NCBI GenBank assembly: GCA_030704615.1 | Contig: CM060731.1 | Coordinates: forward strand, 96,038,001 to 96,102,000 | Direction of reading: 5' to 3' | Length of the DNA: 64,000 bases | From: Takakia lepidozioides | Taxonomy: Eukaryota > Plantae > Bryophyta | Part shown: piece by piece, positions 36,121-49,900 of the stretch | How the letters are laid out: each line of letters starts with the position of its first letter | Position numbering within the stretch: the stretch's first letter is position 1 | The notes under the pieces: generated by a model | Databases searched by the model: none | What the model was told of the DNA's origin: nothing | What the model saw: the letters and a program-made list of their open reading frames with translations, nothing else | Position numbers and translations under genes: made by a program

Positions 36121-39100
36121 GTGCCACCAGTTGCTGAGGGGAGTGCCGGTATAAGGACCAGCGATACTAGTGGGTGTACAATACGAGTTGTGCGGTTTAG
36201 GCCATCTTCACCTTCAGTGTCTTCTGAGGAAGGTTCAGACTCAGAGTCAAGAGGATTCTCGCCAAGGGTGCAAGCCATTTCTGTGCCATTGTTGTGGGAC
36301 ACGATGGAGGAGATGTATAGAGCTACCGAGGGGCCACGTAGGTACTCTGGAGTTGTGGGCACCATCGAGCTTGATGACTTCATACATGAGTTTGACAGTT
36401 GGTATGATTTGTAGCAGATTCACAATCCACAACTATTTACGCCCTTTATGGCGTGGAAGGGGCTATTCCAGCACCTTGAGGGGCCGCCCATGGATGATTA
36501 CCATGAGTTTAGGCGGGGACATGAGATACAGATTGAGGAGTGGCGACAATATTGGTCACCTAATTACGTCTCTATCAATAGAGGCACAGTGGCACAACCA
36601 CACCAGCAGCTACACCAGCAGCTTCTGCAAGTAGCAGTGGAACAAGTGGATCAGGAGCTGGGACATCCACTCCAGCTCTTGCCGCAACACCAACACCTGT
36701 ACTGCCTGCCTTCAATCCGGTTGTGGAGTTCTTCCAAGAATTGAGAAGGAACTACCAGGGGGTGAGGACAGAGAAGTTGCGGAGTTTGCAAGAGTTCCAG
36801 CGCAAGCCCACTGAGAGTTTGCGGGAGGCTTACACTCGCATGAGGCGCTTCATAAGTGTAATCCAAGGGGTTACGGAATTGCTAGCAGAGCGGATAAAGC
36901 TCAACATGGTGGAGGAGCGAGTGGTTATGGTGGGGTTTGGCAAGGAAGCACAAGAAAGTGGGGCTCCTAGCCAACAACAACCAACCACCCAACGTGCTCA
37001 AGGCAACAAGGGGGCTCAGATGAAGTCCAGGGAATGCCAGAGGGGATCTAAGATACAAAGGTCTCTTCCTTCATTTTCAGGCCAGCAATAGATGGGTGTG
37101 TCATGTTGGGATTGTGGAGGACCACATTTGAAGAAGGATTGCCCAGAAAGAGGCAAAGGGTCGGCACAGGCACAGCCTACAGAACCACAGTGTGGGCATT
37201 GTGGCAAGTATGGGCATGAGGAGGCCCATTGTTATTATTTGCATCCTGAGCTACGGCCAGGTCAGTTCCAAGGGAACAGTGGTGGCCGAGGACGAGGCAA
37301 TGTAATCCAGAGAGGTAGAAAAGGCAGAGGTCATGGTGGAGGTCGTAACCAAAATCAAGGAGCACAGGGTCAGGGTCAAGGTCATAACCAAGGCATGGTG
37401 GATAGGCTTGCCTAGCTAGAGCAACATCTTGCTGCCATGGCCACTATTCATGTTCCGCCAGATCCAAGGCCTGAGGTTCAAGCTCCACCTTCACAACCTC
37501 CTATGCCTAGGGAAGACCAGATTGGTATGGGCTTCATGTGTGGAGCCGCACTTGCAGGGCCATTGCATATACTTGATTCTGCAGCTGCTGTCACTCGAGT
37601 AGCAACGCATGCTCCTGAGCCAAGAGGAGTGGATGTGGATTTTGATCCACAAAGGGGGGAAGCAAGTCGTCAGACAAGGCTTCCATAGTCCTTTACATTG
37701 GCTGAGACAGTGTCACCCACGCCATCAATGGCACCCGCTCGTCCAAGCGTGTCAGAGGTAGAGCCATGAGTGTCATTAAGAAGAGTTGGTGTAGCTCGGG
37801 AAATGCCAGTGGGTGGTGCTGTAAAGCAAGGTGTAGCCAATACATTGTTGGGGGCGGCTACAACAATTTGCCAAGCTCCATTGTTTTCTACAATGACAAT
37901 TGCAATGCCGGGGGTTCGGCCAGCTACAACGTTTTGACTAGCAACTGCACTCTGTGAGAGTGGTGATGCATCAGCACTATCTGCGGGGATAGTAGATAAT
38001 GTGTAATGCATGGATGCCTTGGATTCAATGGTGAGGACAGCCACAGCTGCGCCATGACAAGTGGCAGTTGCACGGTTGCAGGAGTTGCCAACTAGGCCAG
38101 CCATTGAGCGTAGCATGGCGACTCCTGGAATAGTCCTGGTGGACAATCAGGATGCAGTGTTTTAGTTGAGTGGCCTAGCCGGGAGGAGGTATAGGCCACT
38201 GCGAGTCTTGTTGGATTCGGGAGCACAGCCATTGATGTTGGGGAGAGCAGTAATTGCAGGCTTGGGCCTTATAGAGGCAGACTTAGAGCCTTGCCCCTTC
38301 CAAATTCAGACATCTTTGGGTGGTTCAGAGAAGGCGCGAGGTATCACATGCCATAAGCTCTTCATACGACTACAGCCATATCATCCTACGGACGGCTCAG
38401 TCATGAGAGCCAAAGCCATTGTTACGGACGCGATGTCATACGATGTGCTTGTTGGTGGGGCGGTGTTGTACCCCATGGGATTTGCTCTGGATTTTTGGGA
38501 GGAAATGGCGTCCTATATTCCTGAGTGGCAGTCAGGGGATGGCCGACGTGCACTGCTCCCAGTGCGGTTTATTGGGAATGCAGCGGTGGATCATAGGAAC
38601 ATGATGCCCACATTGGCTGCATTCTCAGGGGTGGTGGCTTGGGGTGGTGAGCTCTTGGAGGGCAATAGCCATGCGGAGGATAGCCCACCACCTGATGAGG
38701 AGAGACAATTGGCATACAAGGCTTAGTTGCTCCCTCACTGTGGGGTACAGTTGGGGATTTGCAGCGAGTAGCAAACCAGTGTGTGCAACAAGCATGGCAG
38801 GAGGCCTTTCCATTGGTAGGTGAGGGAAATTCAGTCTCATCACCTGGACCTCCTTAGTTAGCTCCATTGGACACAGTGCCCATTACCTGGCAACCACCCG
38901 ACTCAGGGATTTGTTTGCTAGACCTGTTTGGAGGCATGGGCACTGGGCTTGCAAGAGTGTTGCAAGCTGGGATTAAAGTACGAAAGTACTTGTATGTGGA
39001 GAACGATGAGATAGCTCGGCGTATTTCTATGCGCCACATTGCCTTGCTCACACACCAGTATCCTGAGTTGTTGTCTCTCTCAGCAATTCAAGGGTACCAA

Positions 39101-39138
39101 AAGGCCTTGCCAGCAGACATTACCTTGTTGGGGGCGGA
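36121..39138 (+). mobile_element. Degenerate LTR retrotransposon gag-protease-C5 DNA methyltransferase (truncated by LTR insertion)
   Basis: Gag: FQRKPTESLREAYTR. Two CCHC knuckles: CWDCGGPHLKKDC and CGHCGKYGHEEAHC. Protease: LLDSGAQ. DNMT motifs I/II follow. Many stops. Confidence 0.82.
38867..39138 (+). pseudogene. C5-cytosine DNA methyltransferase N-terminal fragment (DNMT3-like motifs I-III)
   Basis: ICLLDLFGGMGTGLARVLQAGIKVRKYLYVENDEIAR...LPADIT matches FxGxG, E-x-D and D-I/V of C5 MTases. Confidence 0.85.
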
Positions 39139-41640
39139 TGTAGATGCATAAATGGGTACAATTTTATTTTCGGATCGTTTTTTATCCTTAGCCAGGCTGT
39201 TTCGGCATTGTGCTGCCAAATTATCACAAGTTGTTAGTTACTTGGGAACTGCTGGTGAAGCACTTAGGAATTAGATTAAGTCTGAGATGAGCATCGAGTG
39301 GCACTCAAAACGACAGTAGGAACGCTGCAATGACAACATAGTAGGCTACCAACACGGTACAACTAGCAGCAACTTGGAAATTGTTTGAACTGTACAAGGG
39401 CGACTGTAAGGACGGGTTACGATCTGTCTATTCTCCCCTTTCACTTATCCAGTAGGTCCACACGGTGACAGCAGCAAATTAGAATTAGGACATTGTATAG
39501 CGATGAAATATCGCAACAACAGCAAGACGGTGCATCGGAACAACGGCGGAACGGACGACTTCGGAGCGGAGCATGGCCAGCCAGACGGTGCAAATGGGTA
39601 GTTGGAGGTGACTTCCGAGGGTACAAGATCAAGTGGCAGGATTCAAGACTCCATGGGCATCACCATTAGGAGAATTTCCAGGGAAGCAGCAGACTTCCTA
39701 CACGGCGGATCCATAGAGAACGGCGTTTGGAATTGGTTTTTAACTCCGATTGACCTGAGGATTTATATTCAATTACGGAGCACCTAATCATAATTTATCA
39801 CCAAGTTTTGTGATTTATGGTTAAGGTTATCAATGGCACCGAATTACGAGGCTACAGCATTTGCGGCGACCGATTTAAATTATTTTCTATGGATTTCATT
39901 GGAGGAAAAGGCTCAAATTCGCCTTAAAAGGTTGAGCGGATCATAACCGCCACCTAGCGGACAAATAGGATGAGGAAAATCCCTTTGACCGGTTTTCCGG
40001 ATGAGTTCCATCCAAATATTTGTTTATTGAACTTTAGTAGTTTTTTTTAATTATATCTCCCTCTAGTTTATATTAGTTTAAGACTATCCTACAATATTTT
40101 AAGAGCCCCAAAAACAGTATAAAAGAAGGGCAAGGCTTCCTTGTTTCTTCACCTAGTTCCTTTCTTTTGCTTTGCTCTTGCTTTGTTGTAGTTTAGTTTG
40201 CTAGAGGGAGCCTAGGTCCTAGGGAGTGGAGCTTGAAGCTCCCTAGTTAGGAATGAGTTGATTTTGAGAGCTAAGGCGAGGAAGCTAGCTCATTGTGGGC
40301 CTTGAGGCCATTTGCTTTGATAAAGAAGGAAGTTCGTGATCACTAGAGAGTAGATTGGAGAGACTTGGGACGAGTAGAGTGTTATGGGTGGACAATGTTG
40401 TCATGCACCTAGAGAAAGGGCCTCACAAGAGCCACACCATTGAGCCATTAGAGCATCCCAAGCTCACATTGCTCCTAAGGTTGATAAACCACTTACTTTA
40501 CTTTGCTTTGATATTTGCTTTGCTACTCCATTTGAGTTTGCAAGACAGGCCTATGAGAGGCTGTCTCTTATATGTGAAAAACTAACCCTCTAAGGAAAGA
40601 TGAGAGCTTAGTTGAGAGAGAAAGGTTCATTTGTTAAAGGAGCAAGGACTCCATTGTGGGTTGAAGTCATATGACATGGTATATGTGTTAAGGAGAATGA
40701 AACTTCCTTAAAGGCTAAGAGTGAGAAGGCCTCTTAGGCGCCATAGATCCATAGGATCATATATATTTCTTTATTGTTGTGCTTTTGAGTTTTTAAAGTG
40801 AAAAGGTTCCGGAAAGAGAGGACCAGCAAGGTGGTTAGTATCTAGGAGGGCCAGGGTGGCTATACTAACTCACTAAGCCCCCCTAAAAGATAGGGAGATC
40901 TTAGAGTAGGGGGTGGGGCTTCATTCTTTTGTTTTTTGTTGTTGATTCCCATTATGAGGCGCCATTGAGGCCCGCTCAAGCAAGGATAGAGTCGCCATAC
41001 TCTTAAGAGGCGAGGGAACTTTGTGCGCTGGGCCCCCGCAGCCATGCACCGAGGGCGCGGGCTTGCGTTGACTGTCGCACTTAAGGAAAGGACACACACG
41101 CGCGGCAGAGCAGAAGCATGCGGGCAGGCTGAGAGCCCCGCGCGCAGGACCGCCGGGCGGCCGCGAATGGCGGCGGACCGCTGGATGGCGTAACAGACAT
41201 ACACTAGACGGACCGCTGGGTAACCCGCACATGCGGCCGCGCCTAAGCGGGCTCTGCCACGCGTCCAAGGAGCTTTTACCCAGCGGACGCCCCCGTGGGG
41301 GGGGTGTTTAAGGGGTTTTTTTAAACCCTTCTCTATTGTTTATTGGGGATAGCCCCTTAGCTTTGATTTTTGCTGTATCAACAGATCTAATGGTAGGAAA
41401 AATCCGAGAGCCGGGGAGGAGATAGCTTAGAGAGTGGCCTCTCTTTTGGATCGGGTCTCTGAGAGTGAGGAGCCCCGAACCCCGAGCTACACGCCGAGAC
41501 AGCGGCAAAGAGGTTTTGGGTACAAACTACTCTATCCTAGTTTTTAGGCTACAGTAGTGAACAGTGAAAGGGAGAGAGGTAGGGGATGACTTATTCTAAG
41601 GTAGGAAAGCCCTTGCTCCATTATTTAATTATATCCTAAA
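39139..41640 (+). mobile_element. LTR sequence(s) related to the 9783-12080 solo LTR (probably one LTR to ~40870 plus a second fragment)
   Basis: Starts TGTAGATGCATA. Shares blocks (TCACCAAGTTTTGTGATTTATGG, TTACCCAGCGGAC, GGCTACAGT) with the reverse complement of 10730-11430. The right boundary is uncertain. Confidence 0.6.
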
Positions 41641-42310
41641 AGAGCCTCGAGGAAGAATCGGCTGGGCCCACCAGGCAGGGTAGGTCGCGGCAGTACCACA
41701 CACGTTTTGGCTGGCGGATGAACTGCGATTTCATCCACCTCTATTGTTTTCATCCGTCGGGCAGGGGCAGTGGGTCCCCCCGCGCGGGAACAGGTTCCCG
41801 GGGTTCCCAATGATCAGGTGCGTTCTCAAGGCGTTCCCCGTTGCCCTTGCAGGTAATTCTTGGATCCCTGGGATTTGGAGCAGATTCTCTGCCCAGTGGT
41901 CATTTTTATTATTTAAGCTTCCGCTGCCTCATTCTATCTCTTGCTTTCTTTCTCTCTCGTGCACTCGTGAAGTACAGGGATTGTCTCCTTCTTCTGATGC
42001 TCTCCCGCCCTCTTGCTCTGCAACTCTACAGCTTGACGGTTTGATCGAATGCAAATGTGGTGGCTTCGTGCAGGAACCACAACACTACACCTTTTTGCGT
42101 GCGAGCCCATCCACACTAACAAACAACGTCCATCCACATCTGGTTGGTGGGGGGCAATTTTGGGGTGCAGTTAGATTTGTAGGGAGCACCCACGAACGTG
42201 GAATATGAAAAAGTTTAAAAGGGTGCACCGTCCATGTCTCATACATTCCCATAAAGAATTTTCAAAAAAACTCCTTTATATTTCGACTGGGCTTATTTCG
42301 TGGAATAAAG

Positions 42311-42545
42311 TGCCAGGCAAGCGAGTAGCGTTACGGAGTGTAAGCCAGTCGCGCGAGTGGCTTACACTCCATAACGCTACTCGCCAGCCTGGCAAGGCAC
42401 TTTTTTTTTTTTCAATTCTTTACGTCGCAGGGGTAAGCAACCCATGCGCGTTGCTTCACTGGTTCTCGCCCCTGCCCCTCGGGCTCTGCCCTCGTGGCAA
42501 GGGGCTCACACCTGTGAAGCACCTCGCGTGGGTTGCTTACCCTAC
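42311..42545. repeat. Two adjacent long hairpins
   Basis: 42311-42394 is a near-perfect ~84-bp palindrome centred on TCGCGCGA. 42428-42545 is an imperfect hairpin GGGTAAGCAACCCA...TGGGTTGCTTACCC. Confidence 0.85.
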
Positions 42546-43289
42546 ACATAAACAGTCCATTGGGGTGACCCTCGAGCTAATTTCCCTTCTGTTGATTGTA
42601 ATAGGATTCAATAGGGTGGCACTTCCACGACCATTACAAGACCAACATAGTCTCGCTTGCGGATTTCCAAAGAATCTAATGTTCATTAATTGTACTTTCC
42701 GCTGTGGCGGTTACTTGACGGCTAGCAAAGGCTCAATCGTAAAGGGTTGCCTGATAAAATGACATTGCACATGGGCGCACTACCTTGTGGAGTGTGACGT
42801 GAGAGTATCTGGGTGTGACATCTGCAAGGATCCCAATTTGTCTTTATGGCACGCGTTAAATGGAGTTAGGGCACCTGCGATCTCCATAACATGGCTTCCG
42901 CAAAATCGCATTGGGAACGTCATCAAACTACAAAGACTGCCTTCGTGTTGGACATATGTAATCATGGCCAGCCTGCCATTTTGTGCCCTTTTGCTATACA
43001 AATTGATGGCTAGTGTGGACTATCGAATATGCAGTGGCTGGTGTCAGCTAGGTAGAGTGCGGTCCGTGCTGTCATTCCTTCATGAACAGTTTATCATTGC
43101 ATCATCCCGAATTTTGGATGGAACACGTTTCATGCTGTTCGCACTTCGCAAACGTCGTTTTCTGTCAACCAACAGCATGTTGCACATCCTTGCCTTCTTT
43201 GGAGACATCAACATTTTCTCCTGTAGTAAGTTGCGCCAGACTATCTCTTGAGTTGTCACCATGACCTCCTTTCTGTGGATTGTGCGGCC

Positions 43290-43796
43290 CGTTTTCATTC
43301 AGACGAGGAGTCTATTCCCTTCAGTGCATCTGTGGATGACGAAGGATTTGTTGTGGTTGGGGAGGATGTCTTGGCAAGAAGATTTAAATTTGAAATCGGA
43401 TCGTTGCTTGTGGAGAAGGAGATGTACGATGCAGGTGGAAAAGTTGAAAGTACATTGTTCCAGAAGCCGACTATGTCGAGATCCTGCAGGGAATGGAGAG
43501 TTCCTGCTGGAAGATATAGGGTCGTTGGTGCTCAAAGAAGACAATCTAGTGGCTCCATTAATGTGATGCCTGATACAGCGGCCTCCGTCGTTCTCGACCA
43601 AAGGGCTGTAGTGGTGAAGCATGAAGCTACACCCTTTGCGACGTTCATAACCTTGTTCGATTCCTCCGGTGACGATGTATCTGAGATTTCGGGTCCGCAT
43701 ATTGATGCCCCAGTGCAGGAGAGTAATGTGCAGGAGATCACAAGTGTCATTCCAAAGTTGAAAGCAAATTGGGTGGCATGAGGGTGGCATTCACAG
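43290..43796 (+). pseudogene. N-terminal fragment of a related MULE transposase, cut by insertion of copy C
   Basis: EDVLARRFKFEIGSLLVEKE...VES...REWRVP..YRVVG resembles EKYLCVRYHLKPGSVFLEEE...VES...REWRVP...YRAVG of the copy B transposase. Confidence 0.65.
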
Positions 43797-44006
43797 GGGA
43801 GCTGCTATTTCATGAGCGGCATGAGCATGAGTGGAAAAAAAAAAAGCATGAGCGGGCCATTGTGTGTCCACAGAAATAGGGTTAGGAGGCACGGAAATAG
43901 GGTCATGTGGACTCGTCATAGCAATGAAATGCAACATTTTATTGCAAATTTTGTGGCAAGCCACGTCTATACAAGTGTGTCCTAACTAACATAGCAGGAA
44001 TGGGAA

Positions 44007-45322
44007 CTACTCTCCTACACCTTCTGAGGAACTTGGCCCTCCTTCTTCCTCATCCCCCTCATCCCCCCCATCCTCCGAGCTCTGTGATGCATCGGTTGCA
44101 CTATGCCTCTCAAAAATTCCGTCCTCTCCTTGGGGGACTGTCCACCTCACCTCCTGGGAATCTTCTGCCTCTTCTCCCCCACTTTCCTCAGCAGAATCCA
44201 AGACAAATCTACGAGCCCGACGGGCTCTAATAGCTGTTGCCTCCTCCCTCATCTTCATTTTCTTGAGGCTTGCCTCGTCTAAAATCTGCTGTACACGACT
44301 ACGTTCGGAACACCTCCTAATGGACACCGAAGCAAGCCGGGCAACATAAGTAGGAAGGATGTAGTCCCTTTCTGGACTAGGCATGAAATCCCCCCTGGCA
44401 AAAAAAGGCACGTTCCTCCTGCCCATGAACTCCGGTGTAGACGTCCTTGCTGCAGTACTTGGCATCCTACAGTAAGAACAAATCCACTTCAAGAATGTCA
44501 ATACCAGCAGAAGCAGAAAGGGTTTTCAATGAAATAAGAGAGCGAAGGGAGGTGCCTAACGAAATCTGGAGGCAACTTACAATGCGACCACTCACTCGTA
44601 AACCGGGGGCTCCTCGGCCTCGATCCCAACTTGTTCCTCCCCCTGCTCCTTCTCGGATTTTTCCTCATCCTCCGAGGATGCCTCTTCCTCTTTGGGCAGA
44701 CGTTCAGCCGCTGCAAGTTCCGAGTTGTGGAGGGCAGTATCTAGCTCGAAGGTGAACACATGCATGCCGGACAACGTCCCTGCCCACATTGAAGCACCTG
44801 AGAACAAAGCGGGCGGTTAATAGCTTGCGGCATGCAATTGCAATCAGGCCAGGGGACAAACTGAGTACGTGAAGGCTTACCCGTGCCACATGTGAGGTCA
44901 AGAATCCGCCCTTGGACATCCGAGCACGTCTCCATGAGGGTTTGGATGAAAGTAGGGCTCCGGGTCCGGCTGTACCGCCACGGTTTGCCTGTCTTTGTGT
45001 CCTTCGGCATACTGGAGTGGGGCACATAGTTGTAGAGGACATCGTAGGTAACAGGGTCCACAGCGGCATCAACAAGACGACCGTCGTTGCGGAATTTGAA
45101 TGTAGACCCTCTCTTCACAAAGCAATATGCCTCAAACACCAATGTCAGCACATCCAACAAAAGAGGGATCAACTCCGGGATCTAGTTTAGATACACCACA
45201 ATATGAGGTGAATGCAATAGATTGATAACTTACACTTTGGCTCTCTATTCGCAACCCCTGTGTATTGATGCAGAACCATTTTCTGAGGAGGACCGGGGTG
45301 ACACTTTTTGGTGTCCATCTTG
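44007..45322 (-). pseudogene. Copy C cargo gene, last exons (MTase motifs X-I-II and acidic tail)
   Basis: ORFs 44741-45172 (GRILDLTCGTG), 44592-44807 (HVFTFELD) and 44007-44501. Confidence 0.85.
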
Positions 45323-46955
45323 TGTCGCGCACCTCACTTCGGTAAGCTCCCCCTCAGGTCATAGTTACTCGCTTTGATGCGCGCGCCTGACTCCCAACCT
45401 GGCCGCCGGGCCAACTTGGAGCTTCGGCTGCTCACCGGGGCATAACGGTCCCCCTTTGTTCTCCCAAAGAACCCTCCACCGATTTGGAACCAGCGGGAAT
45501 TCCCTTTGGTAGTTGGCAGTCCGGAACAGCTCCCCACTCTTTGGTCGCTTTCCGGCTCGCTCGCTTACTCACTAGTTTTTGGTCACCAACGGGCTTGCAC
45601 TGTTCTCGGGGTTACTACTCCCTATATATACTTCTGTAGCTGTCTGCGGGGGTTTCACAACCAGCCATGCCATTTTATGGCGAACCACCACGAAAACCCT
45701 CGACTCCCGGTGATGAGTCGCGGTGAGTCTTTGGCCCACTCACCACGGCCCCTATGGACCGTGATGAGTCCCAAGACTCCCCACGACTCCCACCATGAGG
45801 TCTCCACCCCCATGGTGAGTCCTATGCCACCCCCACTAAGTCCCGCTAAGCTACCACCACCCCTTGTGGAGCCACCCCCACCGCAACCCGGTGTGCGGGG
45901 CTCCACCTAGTGAGCGCCTCCGCTTCCCTGAGTGCCTTGGGCACTCAAGGGTGCTTCAGCCCCCCATACCTATCGCTGCCGCTGCCCCCACCACAGGGGC
46001 AGCCCCTCATGTGTCCCGACCCCCTGCCCTCAAGGCAAAGGGCCGCGACACACACCCCTACCAACAGGGAGTCGATGTCCTCATCGACTTGTCCATTTTG
46101 TAGAAACGAACATCCAAGTTGTGGCGTCCCACATCAAGGAGTTTGTTTCCGTACCATGGCATCCCATGGCAAAGAACCAAACCCCACACTTGACTCTACT
46201 CTCCACTAGCTAGTTCGGCCGACTTCCTTCAAGTCCCGGCCAAGGGTGGAGCCTCTCAAGCTCCTCCCAGTGCACTCTTCTTGGCCTTCTTCAAGGTCAA
46301 GGAACGATCCTCCCCGAGGATCAAATCGCCTTACTGCAACAACATTGCTTGCGACCGCTCATGATGCCGCTTTTGGCATCACCTTGAGCAAGGGTTCACT
46401 TGGAACCCTCTTTGACTAGGAAGATAACCTTAAACCAACTGTGCGCCCCAATCACTACAATTGGGTCCGCCTTGGAATGCTGGCCTGAGGTACGGGAACA
46501 CGTCGAAGCCGCACTACGACTTCGTCCCGAGGCTACACGATTATAGTACGTGAATGGAAGCACGTAGCTTCCGTGTTAGCCCGCACTACAAGGCAACCCC
46601 CTCGGTAGCGCAGTTATAGTATGCACACGCGCCAAGTGCGCACTAGCACGTGAACTCCCAAAGAAGGCGCAAGTTTCCTTGCCCCTTGGATGGGGGTCAC
46701 CCGATTTCGGCACTACGCAAACACATGATTAACCCAATTTACCTCTCCCACTTTTATAAGCTAGCATGCATTCTACACACTAGCCAACCATACCATGCAT
46801 CACCATTCCAAACAAAATAGGACGCACAACATTTGGAAGCCATTTCATTTATAGCACGTTTTGTACAATACAAGTTTTTGCAATCGGATTCCTAAGCTAG
46901 CTAAGCCAGGCTAAGCATGCATTTCCTCCCCCACGCTCCAAGGTTGATGTCCCCA

Positions 46956-49900
46956 TCAACGCTTCTTCCGCTTTTGAGGTCGCCCTTCGAAAGCTGCAAC
47001 CGCCTCAGATGCGTTTCCCATTTCTGAGGCACGCACCCAAGATGCCTCCACATGATGATAGCCCTTCCATTTGACGAGATACTCCGTTTCTCGGTTCTTG
47101 AACCTCCTCGACTTAAGTATTGCCTCCACCTCGTACTCAGGTTCATTTTCATGATCCAACAGCATAGGTGGCGGACGCAACACTTGATGCCGATTCGGAC
47201 GCGCTTCATCTTTGAAGTAAGGCTTCAAAAGGGAGACATGGAATACTGGGTGCACCTTGCTGTTTGCCGGCAGCTCCAATTCATACACATCCTCATTCAT
47301 AACCTTCCGAATGCGAAAGGGTCCCGCATACGGAGGTACGAACTTCGGACTCACTTCCGGAGGTAGTCGGAAATTCTTGATGTTTAACCAAACCTCCGTG
47401 CCTGCCTCAAACTTCACTTCCCTCCACTTCCGATTCGCCTGCCTTTCATACCGTTTCCTAGCTTTGGCAATGTTGTACTTTGCGAGCTTCAACAAACGCT
47501 CGCGTTCTTCTAGTACCGCCGTTACTGCCGGTTCCTCAACGTCCTGGGCGGCCCAACTTGTCGGCACCAGAGGTGCTTTTCCATAGACCAATACGAAAGG
47601 GGAAACTCCCGTTGCGGAGTGTTCTGTGTTATTATAACAGAACTCTGCCGCGTTTAAGTGTTCCACCCAGTTTGTTTGGTCTGCCGACACGTAATTCCGC
47701 AAGATCCGCTTCACTACGGAATTCACTCTTTCTGTTTGGCCGTCGGTCGTAGGTCGGAAGGTGGTGCTCATCTTCAGCCTCGTCCCCATCTTCTTCCAAA
47801 GTGCCCTCCAAAATTTACTGGTAAACTTTGGATCGCGGTCCGAGACAATATCCCTCGGGACTCCATGATGCTTTAAGACGTGGGCGAAGTAAAGTCGCCT
47901 TATTTCCTGCGCCGAAGCCGTCTCCTTGGTGGGGATGAAATGACCCATTTTACTGAACCTATCCACCACCACCATGATTGCATCGAATCCTTTTGACAGC
48001 GGCATAGCAGTCATGAAATCCATCGAGACGCTTTCCCAAGTCCCCTCTGGAATCGGCAAGGGTTGTAACAGCCCCGCTTGCTTTTTGTACTCGCTCCGGT
48101 TTTGTTGGCATGTGGTGCATGTCTTGACATACTCCTCTGCCTCCTCCCTCAGTTTGGGCCAGAAATACTCTTTCTTCAAGAGTGCCGCAGTGCGCTTGGC
48201 TCCGCCGTGGCCCGCAAGCGGGCTATCATGGCATTCTCTCAAGAGGCTATCTCTGATCCCTCCCTTCGGCACGTAGAGACGTTTTTGCTTATACCGGAGC
48301 AGTCCATTTTGCAAGTGGAACTGCAATTTAACCCCCATCCTCAAGTCCTGCATCACGGACTTCGCCAGCTCATCCTTCCGGCAAGCCTTTCGGATCTTCC
48401 TTTGGAGCGCCGTCTCGCCCTTGTACACCAACAAGAGCTGCTGCTTTCTACTTAAAGCATCGGCCACCACGTTGTCTCGTCCCGGTTTGTACTGGATATC
48501 CACGTCGAACACCGCCAAAGTATCTTGCCACCTAAGTTGTTTTGGGGACAACTTGGGCTGCGTGGCAAAATACTTCACCGTGACATTGTCCGTGAACACC
48601 TTCACTGGGTTGGAACCGACATAGTGGTGCCAAAGCTCAAGACAGTGCACCACCGCCTTCATCTCTTTCTCGTGCGTCGGCCACCGTCGCTCCACTTCAT
48701 TCAGTTTCTTACTTTTGTAAGCCACTGGACGTCCATCTTGCATCAGTACACCCCCAATTGCGAAGTCCGACGCATCTGTATGTATCTCGAACGGACGATC
48801 GAACTCCGGGATTTTCAAGACTGGAGCTTCCGCCATCCGCTGCTTCAATTCAGCAAAAGCTTGGCCACAAAAGGTGTTCCATGCCCAGATTTTAGATTTA
48901 CACAGAAGGTCTGACAGCGGACCCACGATTTTGGTGAAATTTCTCACATACTTCCGGTAATAGGAGGCGAGTCCTAGGAAGGATCGCACTCCCGGGACCG
49001 AAGTCGGAGGCTCCAGTCCAAATTGCCCTCACCTTTCTGTCATCCATTTTGATCCCATCCTGTGTAATCACATGCCCCAAGAACTCCACTTTCGTGACCC
49101 CGAATTCGCACTTTGAAGCTTTGGCGTACAGCTTCCCTTCCCGCAACTTTTGGAACACCCTTTTGAGGTGCTCCAGGTGCTCCTCCTTTGTTTTCGAGTA
49201 CACCAAGATGTCGTCGATGTACACGATCACAAAGTCATCCAACCACTCTTGAAAAAGGCTGTTCATCAGCGTGCTAAAGGTTGCAGGTGCATTGGTGAGC
49301 CCAAAAGGCATCACCAAGAACTCATATGAACCATACCTTGTCCTGCACGCGGTCTTCTCCTCATCTCCTTCCGCCACCCGAATTTGATGATAGCCGGAGC
49401 GCAAGTCGATCCGGCTGAAATACTTCGCTCCTGCCAACCGGTCGAAAAGGTCGTCGATCCTTGGCAAAGGGTACCGGTTTTTAATAGTCACCTTATTCAA
49501 AGCCCTGTAATCGACACACATCCGCAGCGTCCCATCCTTCTTGTCTGCGAATAGCACCGGGGCTCCGTAAGGTGACTTACTCGGCCAACTCCTTTGACAT
49601 TAGATCCTTGAGCTGAGTCTTCAGCTCGACCAACTCCCTGTGGCTCAACCGGTAGGGTGCCTTGGCAGGCGGTTCCGATCCCGGTATCACCTCAATCTTG
49701 TGGTCAACTCCTCTTCGCGGTGTCAAGCCGCTTGGTAAATCCTCCGGCATCACATCCTGGTATTTCTCCAAAATCCCCTTGATCCAATCTGGGCTCGGCT
49801 CCCCATCGCCTTCTCCTTTCACTTCTCTAATGTAAAGCAAAAACTGGGGCTCGTGTGCCTCCTCCATGGCCCACTCCCTTGCTGACAGAAGGTTTATTCG

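Noticed and set aside
45506-46213. Pro-rich ORFs recurring at 51748, 57405 and 61304
   Set aside because: They lie within GC-rich LTR copies and recur only because the LTR does.
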